Shown: in pieces, positions 50,101-62,100 of the stretch | How the letters are laid out: the number at the start of each line of letters is the position of its first letter | Numbering within the stretch: the first letter of the stretch is position 1 | From: Antedon mediterranea | Taxonomy: Eukaryota; Animalia; Echinodermata | Assembly (NCBI RefSeq): GCF_964355755.1 | Contig: NC_092672.1 | Location: 35,904,437 to 35,968,436 of the forward strand | Reading direction: 5' to 3' | Length of the DNA stretch: 64,000 nt | Notes under the pieces: model-generated | Told to the model about the DNA's origin: nothing | What the model saw: the letters and a program-made list of their open reading frames with translations, nothing else | Databases searched by the model: none | Translations under genes and position numbers: made by a program

Positions 50101-53100
50101 TTTTTATATTTTAGTCTATATCTAATAAATTCTTTCATTTTTTGTTAGCTGTTTGGTAAAATAACATTAAGTTCCATATAACACGGCTGAAACATTACTA
50201 AAAATACATGCAAAATAGAAATATAGATTTGGAACTATAAATGTTTATGTATTTATCAAGTTTGATGATTGATATATTTGATTAACTACAATTTAAATAA
50301 TAATATCAGTAACTTTTGCAATTTGATGTTTCAGTAAAGCAAAAAATTGATTGGAAGTCAATGAGGTTTTAGTTGAATTTAACCATTTATTTTGAGTGAA
50401 AACAATTTTTTCCCTACAGAAGTGATTAACTTTTAAACTCCAAAATGGCCTATTTAAAGTCATTTTTTTATTAATCTTAATTCATGTTTTTGGGAGGCAA
50501 TACTGTACATCTTTAACATGAGTGAAATATAAATTTAGCATATAATGTATATTCTTATTTATCACTCAAATGTAATGTAACGAGAATTATCACCACTAGA
50601 CGAAACTAATTGTAAAAAACAGATTGACATCCCAAACCCCGAATAATAGTGATACCATATGTGACAAATGTCTTTACAGATATTTGTTGGCAATTGATAA
50701 TGCCTGGTAAACTTTTTGGCGCACACATCTGAATCTAAAGTGATGCTTGTGTTCTTTTTTATGTTTTGAACCTTGTCGAACATGTGTACATATGTTGACT
50801 TAAATTAGGCAGTCACGTTGTATTAAAATTAGAGGTATCGTAGACTTTATTTTAGGAAAAGCCAAAGCCGGCTTGCCATTTCCAAGTCTGCTCTGCAGTG
50901 TAATCTTTTAAATTATTAATTACAAATATAATTGATTGTTATAGTTATCAATTTAAAAAAGAAATTCAATCTTTAGTTTCTCGTGATTTAAAATAAGATA
51001 AGATAAAAATGATAGTTTTACAACTTGCAGAATAAATTTATACTCCCAATGAGAATTGTATCTTTGGTGATGCAGCGTGCCTCTGAAACCGCTAATTACA
51101 CCATATTTTTGGTAACTAATTTTAGACGTCTCTAAGGAGGGCTGTGATATGCTTGACTGTTGACATTACGGGTATCATGCCATGCTTGCGAACAAGACCC
51201 AGGTGTGGGGGTTTAAAATGATTTGTGGAGATGGTAACGACCATCGATTGCAAGACCACTAAAAAGCAAACTACCGCCTTGTCGCGTTTAAGCGGCAATA
51301 AAATCTTGATGGAGTTTCGTCTTGGCCACCATGACTGCCAAATTGTTTGAACTTTATTAGTAATTTTCTCGTCTAAGGTTTCAAACGTTATATATATGGC
51401 TATTAACACTTGTCTAGTACACATAAATCATTGGATAAGTATCACTTAACTAGAATAAAAGTTAATTTATTTGTGACTTTAATGCTCGCTTGTTTTAAAC
51501 TTTTACTGCAAAGTATTAAAACTTTTATTTCCACGGTCGATGTATTTTGACTTTGACTTGGTACTCGCATTTTAAGAATATTAGAAGTAAACAATCTATA
51601 AATAAACAATAAAGGATAAAAAGAAATATTTGAACTTTCATTATCATTCAATGACTTTTTCTATAAACATCATGCCGACATGTTCAATCCCGATTTTATA
51701 AGTATTGAGGTGTACTGCTTAAATAGCTAGGATAAAAGGTAATCGACCGAGGTGACGCAGAGCAGTTGATTTCCTTAAGACCTGAAGTAGATCAAGCCCG
51801 CGTTGAAACCCAGCTGTTTTAGCGACTTTTAAAGAGATCAAACTGTCGGAGGATGAGCAACTTGTCAAACATCGTTGTTGACAGTCATGTGATTGAAACG
51901 ATACTAACATGTAGAAACGACGAGAATTGTTGTCGTTCATTTCCAGGCAGTTATCATAATTAACATGAGTAGTAGGGTGAGGAAGGGAGTCAACAGACCC
52001 CTTCTTTGTGGACATTCAAAATTTGGTGATCATTATTTGTAGAGGAATAAAAAAAATCTACTCTGTTGAAAAAAAATCTACATTTAGTTTTAAAAATATT
52101 TAAAGAAAAAATAATAAGAAGGGGGACGCAAGACATTTTTTTTTCACTGGACGTACAGTATTTATAGAGGAATAAAAAATATGTTGTACAATGAATACAT
52201 TTAGTTTTAAAAATATTTAAAGAAAAAGATAATAGTTAAGGATTTAGCTTTTGGAAGGCAATGTTAACAACAATCTTGTCAACAAAGTTTTTAGATACTT
52301 CTTTAATAGTACTGTATGTTCGTTATTCAATATAATTTGCCATAAGCTTTTAATTTGCTGGAGAATCTGTTCCTTCATATATAGATTTCAAAATTATCTG
52401 TTACGTCAATATATCACGTTTGCTGCCCTCATGTGATTCTATCATTCATAGCGATATTGAAACATATTTAACAAGTTGTTATTAAACAAAAGTACAAGAG
52501 TAACAAGATATTCACTGGCGATAATCCAACGGCCCAATTTGAAGTATTTTTGCCGCATAACCCACCTAGCGTCTCCGAGTCTATTACATCCGCCCCTTTG
52601 GGAATTAAACTAACATATTTTATGTGGCCACACAATTAGATATGTTTTTGTAGGCCTATAATATGTAAAATAAAGTGTAACATTTTTATGATATTAATTT
52701 CGGTGATTGATATGTCAATAATGTCATTATTATTATTTAACGATAATAATTTTCAAAAGTAAACAATTTTGAATTTGTTATCAATCACTTTTAAGATGGT
52801 AGTCTAGGCAAGAGTTGAACCTACGACTACAAGATTGTAAGATGAGCACTTTATGAACATTAATTTTAAATTAAATTTATTGATACTTTACCATTAAATT
52901 TAATTCCATTTTAATAAATAAGCCAAAACAGCTGTTAATACATGTGTAAAACGCACTTTTATTCATACATTTTAAGGGAATTAATGCATAAATCTTATGT
53001 TTAAATAAAATTAAACAAATTTTTTAGACATTGAAATAGTTTTGATGAAAAGGATACAATTGTAAATTTGAAAAACTTATTGGATTTTTTAACTTTGTTT

Positions 53101-56100
53101 TTAATGTCAATTTGAACGTGACAATGGATACATGAGCCAGTTGTGTTCCATCCTGCCCAATTTACAAGTTTCTAAATATTGGAGGTAATTTTCACGATGA
53201 GAAGTTTACCTAGCTCATTACTATTAATTTCCTCCACTTGCTCCGAACAAGAATTTACAAATTCCCTCGACACACTCAGCATCGCAAGTCCACGTGCTTG
53301 AGGAAGTCATACCATGAACCATCAAACCGTCTGCCAAGAATTCCTTTTGACGGGCTCGCAGGCTTGGCGTCGAAAGATGTCCAGATCGTCATATCGTCGG
53401 TGTTTGTACAAGCTCAACTCTACTCCCAAAGGACTTTAGCAGGAGTAACTTCATTCAATGATTAAGTACCGTGATTCGGCTTGACAATTTTCGCATGATT
53501 TAGTCAGAATTGAGCTCGTTTTTAAAGTAGTGATCTAACTTCGCGAGAACAGAATCAAAGCTTACTCAAAATGACACTAATCTAATGTGGCAAGCCGTAA
53601 TGGGAATTCAAGGATTCATGTTGTTTGGTTCTTGGCGTTTAAGTGACATGTGGTGATCATGTTCTTGGACAACATACTTCAAAACGACTGACATGTTTTA
53701 ATCTGTATGATAGATATGACTGTACTTATCGCCATATTCTGAAAGTTTGTTGTTAAAATAAGATTTTCTTGACAATCATTTTATTTAAACTTTGGCCCGT
53801 AATCTTGTTTTACAAGAAGATAATGCAAATTTTTGTAACAAAAATGGTCCGTAATCATTCTAAATATTACAGAGTTTGAATTTAATTTGAGTAGTTTGGT
53901 TTGAAAAATGAATCTAAGTTCTAACACAGGGAAAAAAATATGAAAAATTCAAATCAAATAGATTCTGAAATATAAAATGGAATTAGTTTTCTTTAGTTTT
54001 TAGCAGTGATGAAACCGCTTTTTTGGAACACTTAGTTGGCTTATAGGCTTGGCTGATCAGTGGTGTAAATACATTTGTATATCTATAAGTAATAGTAAAG
54101 TTATTGTTTAGTTTCTTTGCTTTCTAATACAATCAGGGTTACAGACTTTATAAACATTATGGGTACACATTAATGTGTTAATAATTCAGTTCATACTCAG
54201 TACAATGTACAGTATATAAACTGAATTTCAAAAATCTATTAAAATACATATGTTTACATTATTTGTTACAACATGAATAATAATAATAACTTGGAAATAT
54301 TAAAGAATTTCATATGAACGTGACATTTTTCATCTGATTAATTACAGAAACACGTTTTTTTTGTTCATTTTGGTTAAATATTAATTTTATCGGTTATTTT
54401 TACACATGGTGTTTATTTGCATTTCCAACAGAACTGATAAAACAAAACCGCTCGAAAAATGTACAATCACCAAGTTAATAAGGCTTGATAGAACATAGAT
54501 TTTCCGAAGCAATTTGGCGTCAATTTAGTACATTTGCCGTGCGTGCGAACACTGATAAGCACATGACATATATTTGCGCGAGATTATGAAATTGTAAAGT
54601 CGGATGTGCCGAATAGAATACTGCAACATATACCGCAAATGGCAGGCTATGAAAGAACGTCCAGTGGAGTTTATTGAAAAATGGCATTCAGGGAAATTAT
54701 AAATGACACGTGAAAGCGCACTTTTCGTTTAAAAAAAACGCAAGATTATGATTGGTTGTGACTGGTCGTTTGATACGTGCCACTTACGGTACACGTACCG
54801 AGAAATGTTAAATTTATATACAACTGCCGGTTATTAAGTCAGTCTTGTGTGCCATTAAATTTTTTAACAACACCATTTTTGTATGATTCATTTTTGAAAG
54901 TTATAATTGAGGATATATGCTGACAGAATAATAGTAACGCAAACGGACAAATATGTTTTAACATCGATATGTGACTACGTTAAATATACACGTTTTGCAG
55001 AAACCGATGGAAAAACTAGGCGACGGTAGTAGCAAAATATGAAATAAAATATCTGTATGTGAAATTAATAATCTTCAACTACGAATTTAGTATAATAAAT
55101 GTGAGCATTAACATACATTTAAGCAAGGGCATTACTTCCTGTTACATTTTCCTATGTCATAGATCAAGGATCATTATTATAGATTAAAACTGTTCATAAA
55201 CATTCACGGCATCTTGTTGCATATGTAGAATAATTTCGTTATTTTGTTAATAATTACCGGTGTTGAGTCAATGTTCCGTGATAGGACGATTATAACATTC
55301 TCTCATTCTTGTCAGTCATAAGTTGTTAAATGTGTATGTTACTTAATTCATTCAAAGTTGTTACGATCAAGAAGGTAGTTCATTCTGCTAATTGAATTTG
55401 CCAATCAAATGTTTTTCTGAATAATAGTTCCTAATTAGATTTTGATTTTGTGCAATAGAACACAACCATCTGTCTCTGAGTATCAGAGAAAGTCTAGATC
55501 TTTTATTTATCTTTCAAGATTCTGTGTACATTTAGCTAGTGTATAGCTAGTATTGAAAAACAAGGTTGGAGGTGGTGGGGGCATTGTGTAGAAGATTCTG
55601 TGTACATGTAGCTAGTGTGTAGCTAGTATTGAAAAACAAGGTTGAAGGGGGTAGGGGCATTGTGTAGAAGATTCTGTGTACATGTAGCTAGTGTGTAGCT
55701 AGTATTGAAAAGAAGGTGGGAGCATTGTGCAGAAGAGCACCACAATATGTTACGCAGTATTATGGGCCTTCTAGAATTTTGTCTGAATGACATAGATTAA
55801 ATTATTGTTGGGTGGGGTAATGTACAGCAGAGGGTGTGGGGTAATGTACAGTGTCTTTCTCTGCATGTACAAGTAGCTTTGAAGTGAATATGTAACAGGT
55901 TAGAATGGGGTGGGGGGGGGAGGGTGTCGAGAGGATTGTTGTTCCTGGTCAATATTAGGAACATGGTATTAACCTTACATAGAACTTCCTAATTAACAAT
56001 CATGTTCAAACTATTGTGTAATGAATTTTTGCTTTTGATGCAGGCTAAAAAAAATATAATACAATAAAAACGTTCAAACTATTGTGGAATTTAGAATACC

Positions 56101-59100
56101 CTTTGACTCATCCACGGGCAAAAAGTATAGTTGACGAATGCGTTAAAATGGCAAAGTGACAAGCTGTAAAAGGACTTTACCCACTTTGACCAATTACAGT
56201 AGGGTGTTTTTAAGCCCAGCCAGGTGGCAAACTAGGCTCCTTCACCAATCAACGTCTAGGCTAACATCAATCAACACGGAAGGTTTTTTATTTCCTTTAA
56301 GCCAAGAATCATTTAAGGGTGACCAGCATCCTATTTGCTTGAACCCTTAATTATGTGTCCACTATCGGAACCCACTTCTGGGCTGTTGAAAGTGCTAGAC
56401 GACGCCAAATCTGTGAAAAATACGCTTGTAAAACCAAGTAGTGCGTTAGAAATTGCCACTTTATGTTTGAATTAATTTCCGTTTCTTTTCGATTGTATTT
56501 TACAGTTACGGATAAGTGGCGTGTTATTCATTGCCAGTGTATGCGTACCATAGTAAGTTGCGATTATTTTTTAACTAAATTTGTATGATATTAAGATGTA
56601 CTTAAAGCTATTTTGAAATAAAACAGAATTTGACTGTTTTTTTTTGTAAATGTTCATATTAACTTGAAGACATATTGCAGAGATTTATTGTAAATTAAAA
56701 AACACTTAAATTTTATCAAGTGATATTATAAGTTGACATTCTTTCTGTCTCCTGACAATCGGCAGGATCTTCCCTTTGTATCAAAATGTCTTTTTTATTG
56801 TCTGATACAAAACAGAATTTAACTTTTTCTCTTTTCACAAAAAAAAAATAAATAAATTGTATGATATTAAACTGAACTTTGCATTTGAGAATTAAACTAT
56901 TGTGATAAAATCAGGGTCAAGTCTTCATACTAAAGAAACACACACTCTGCTCTGGCATAAAGCTCTGTGTACACTATCAAACTTTATCTTACCAAAAAAA
57001 TGATGTGCCCATATATGGACATGACGATGTCATATCACTACCATATTTGGTCACATCAAACTTTTTTGTCAAATTAGTTTGATAATGAAGACCGAGCTTT
57101 AAACTATGATAGTAGAACCGCTATACTTAGAGAAGTGTTCCTGAATTTGGCTGGTCTTAGTGTTAACACATATTATATTGCCCCTCATGTTTTACTAAAT
57201 AAGGGTTTCTGTACTAAATAGGTGGTTTGTTTTATACTTTTGTCTTCCTCCTCCTGGTTTCTAAGGAAGTGCTTGTAATTTATAAATTATTATTGTTATT
57301 ATTAAGAGTTATTATTATCAAAATAATTATTTTGTTGCTTCTTTAGTTGGTAAACCTTTTAAAATGGATAGAGAGCAGCTCTAATAACCTGAACCGATGT
57401 GACTTTGAACGTGAATCTAGAATATGGACAGGCGTCGAAATTGTCGCTGTACTTCACAACCTGAACGTTCAGCCCGACACAATCCCGCAAATTGTCGTAA
57501 GTACTCAAAGTAACACAATCAATCAAGAGTTATTTATTTTAATTTTTCTTGAAAAAAAAACTGAATTACAACAATTCTGACAATTTGTGAAAATAACAAA
57601 AATTTAATAAACATAATAATAAAATTACTTTATTATTATATACAAAATAACACAAAGCAAAGAATACTAAATTGATGACTATTTATAAATTTGTGATTCT
57701 CAAAATGAAACCCAAAACTATTATCATACAATAATGATGTTGCGGTTGTTTTATTGCAACGCAAACTTGGTGGTTAATGGTATCGGAGGAATAAGATGGC
57801 CACTGTCCACTTACTACTGATTTATTTCTGTTTGTTTAGCATCATTTAACAGCATTGTGTGAAGAGAATGAGGATAAAGAGGACACCCATGCGTTGTCTT
57901 CCAATTCAGCGGCGCTTCTTGAAGGTCTCTTTGTCATCTTTGAGTATCTTTTCCGGGACAACATGCGTTTTATGAAAGACTATAAGTAAGTATACTATAA
58001 CATTGTTATCCCTTTTATAGCTATCAACCACTTTCATTTTTCTCTATTTCATTTTAATTAAAATTAAATGATACGCATGCTAACAAAATATCATGTTCAT
58101 TGTATATGATAAGATATTTATAAGCTACTGTAAAAACAAAACACGGGCGAATATCTATCCATTCATACAGTCAATTTCATCTTTAGATTATTATAATGAT
58201 CATCTGCACATGTGCACAAACAAATCTGTATTGTGATAGTTCTTGCAACTATGACAAATTCTAGATTTAGCATAGTTGCAGTTGGATGCACAGTGCTATG
58301 CAAATTTTTTTGTTGGATATTCTAATGACAAGTTTTGAATAATTAATTTTTAAGAACACTTGTATTTATCTTAATTCAAAACCATAACAGAGAAAAATGC
58401 AGTATTTTTATTATTTACATTCTTGGCTCATTTCTATATACATATATATATTTTTTAGGATTGCACTGTTGCGTACCGTGTCAAGAAAATCCTTTACGAA
58501 TGTAAGTGTTTTATTTTAAAATCATATTATCTTCTAAAATTTACTGACAAAATAGAGATATTGTTTGTTTTGCCATAATTCAATGCATTTTAAATCTATT
58601 TTAAAATCAACATTTATTTTTGACTTCAGAACAATGGATGGATGAGCAGAAGAAGAAGTAAGACTTGATTATTATGTTTTTTTCCATTGGTATTTATTCA
58701 TAAAAAAAAGATTGAAACATGGCAGCAAAAAGCTGAATCACATTTCAATTTACAAAATATGTATAAAATTGGTTAAAATCACAAAATTAAAAAAATTACT
58801 GATATAGGTCATAAAAAAACAAATTGAACATCAAAATACATATATGAAGAAAAAGTAAGACTACATTGCTATCTTTAATTTCCTCTTAGTACCACCCTGC
58901 CATTTACTATATTTTCATAAATTGTTAGGTTTGATTAACCTCATTTTAAATTATAGTCCATCATTGTTTAAAAAATAATAAATAATTGGTACCATTTTAG
59001 TCCCTCTTCCTTTATTTTAACATTCAAAATGGCTGATTTAAAACACAAAACACAAAATTAATTGAAGTCAGAGATATGTATATGTATTTTTTATTTATTC

Positions 59101-62100
59101 GTTTACATTTCCTTATTATGTGTTATTAGGCAATCAGAATTCTTTCACTGTTTCACTTAACTTCTGGTGCATGAACCCAGCTGTGGTGAGTAGTATTAAA
59201 ATATTAATCAAAGAATCAATCTATTAATAGCCCCCAGTCATTTACAATTATACACTCTAGGGTTTGTTAGCGAAACTAGGATCAAAATTACGAGTTCTTT
59301 AAAGCGACATTTTCATGAGGATTTCCTAATTGTAATTAATCACTTTTCTTCAAGAATTATGACTTGTAATTTTATGAAAAGATTATTCTCCAGATAGTTT
59401 GTTACCCTTATGGCGTGTATTGACTGGGTTTTGTAGCCTGGGGGGAGGAAGCCTATTTTATTGACTGGGCTTGTAGCCTGGGGGAGGAAGCCTATTTAAA
59501 ACTAGACCAATGTAAATTTCAATTTTCAATAAAGAAATTATATAAATATTTAAGTTTTATTTATCCCATGGTAATGGCGTCAGTAATGCTCGACTTGTGA
59601 TGATGTAACTATTTTCACAGATTTTAAATTTTTTCATATCACGGTTCATTTTAAGTTTAAAATCTGTCGAAGATGCTGTTCCATTTATGGGTAGGAATGT
59701 AATAGATATAACAACTGTTTTATAATGGAATAATAATTCAAAAGAGTACATCTGTTTATTTACATGGAACAAAAATAAACTTTGGAACAATTAAAGAAAC
59801 TTGACTAAAGCTCTGTCTACACTATCAAACTTTATGTGGCAAAAAAATATGATGTGCCCATATCACTACCATATTTGGGCATATCACTACCATATTTGGG
59901 TATATCACTACCATATTTGGGCATATCACTACCATATCTTGGTACATCACACTTTTGTCAAACTAGTTTGATAGTGTAGACAGAGCTCTATGATGCTATC
60001 AAAATAGTAATCTGAAAAATGTGAAAAATGGATTTATGTGGGAGAGATTGTAAATAAAGCAATTTCCTTTGTATACTTTAGATAGGCTAGGCTATTTTCC
60101 CCAATGCATGTCACAATTTCTTTATTTATTTGGAATTATTTATAGAGCATGACATGATATATAATGTACTATTCATAACCTATGAACTCTGACCTCTCCC
60201 AACAGGCTTTCTCAGACTTGTATGACATTCGTAGCATCATCTTGACATCTGGTACTCTTTCCCCAATGGACTCGTTCGCTTCCGAACTGGCCACTTCTTT
60301 TCCCATCCAGTTGGAGGCTAATCATGTCATTCATAAATCACAGGTAAGTTATGTTGTCATACATGTTATTTTATTCGTTTTATATACAGTAATCTTCTGT
60401 TAATGTAAAAAGACACCATCACATGGGATGCAATGTTAATGCATTAAGGGTCTTTCACGGTTCCGATCCGGCGCCGGAAAATCCAATCGAACGCCAATGT
60501 TTCGTTTTCACGCACATATCGATTGGCGCATAGCCGCGTGAAAACGAAACATTGATGTTCGATTCGCCGGACCGGAACCGTGCCGGAACAGGTGTGAAAG
60601 ACCCTTTAATAGGTGTGTCCCCTGAATAGAGGTTGGTTGTAGTGTCAGAACAAAATGATATTGTCTGTCATTCCCAGAATAGTGGTGTACCAAAGGAGAG
60701 GGTTCCACTGTAATTTGTATTATTAATTAATTTTTTTAATTTTAAATTTTTCCTTTTTGGTTTTTTTGTTATGATAAATATAATAAATATAATAAATAAA
60801 TATTTTGTCTTATCTCAATATTACACTTCTAGTGGCAACATTTCCAGAATTAATGAACTACCAGATAAAAAAAAATGTTCTAGCAACTTCTAGTAGATGG
60901 GAACTATTGAACCGTATTTCCTCTTTAACTTTGAAATCTTGGACTCATTGTTAAATATTTTTTTAAAGAATTTCATTTTCATTTCATTTATTTATTTGAC
61001 CCAATCGGTCAAGGGGTTACGACAGCAACAATGTGCCATAACATGTGAGTGTCCGCAACTGCGAATGCTGAAATGATTATGTTATGGGCTGCAACAAAAG
61101 TTGTAAGAATGAAACGCAAAATGTGACAAATTCTGGACAGTATACTTGACAATCATAACAGGTTATATGAATTGACCCAGAAAACTTTATATAGTTGTGG
61201 CTCAAATGTCATTCTTTCAACAAACAATGAAACTTACCATAAGTTGTTATTCCTGTGAAATCACAGTCATACGTGCTAACCATAAAATATTAAAGTAACA
61301 ATATCACCAAAAATAAGCCAACTATGGTACGCTGGCAGGTAAAAAAAATTAAAAACTGATACGCAACATTTATACTGTTATTTTATTTCATGAATAATAG
61401 GAAAAAACATTTTGATAAAAAATGCATTTTTATGTAATTTTTTCCAATTCCTACAATAAAAGTTTATATTTGTATGTGAATTCTATCAATAATATAGAAA
61501 TTGTTTATGGGAATTTTTAAAAGTGAATCTGTAAAGCTTATTGTTTAAAAGCAAAGTGAATTTGTGAACCTAGTATTAGATCTCTATCAACAACTTCTAT
61601 CACCGTAGGTGGAGGATACACTAATGCGTAATTATGAACCGCCGCCACAGCTCCACACACATCGGTCGCACGGGAAACAAACAGGAATACGAGTTGTAAT
61701 TCGAATCATGTAGGACATGTATTTAACGCTCTCACGGGGCCATAATGCCGGAGTTGTTATATGTAAACATGGGAAAACACAAGCCTACGAACTAACAAGC
61801 GATGAAACGATGTAAATTAGTAGATTTTGCAATACAGGTCACAGATAGGCATACACCAACAAGGCCACTCCTATCAACTATGACGCATAGTTCATATTGG
61901 TTCACATGAACTTATGTCCGTAGTTGATGATGTTCACATGAACTTGTATCCACATGAATTGAAACATACATGAATGGAATGAATATAGAAGAATTAAGTA
62001 GATAGTTGAATGTCATTTTGAAATAATTTTGGTTGGGAGCTAATTTGGTTAATTTGGGAAACCTGGTTCACATGTTACAGTGGTTCATTTAAACTATATC

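Noticed and set aside
51122-52015. 100-aa and 98-aa minus-strand ORFs as a nested gene
   Set aside because: No recognisable domain and no convincing chain of spliced exons.
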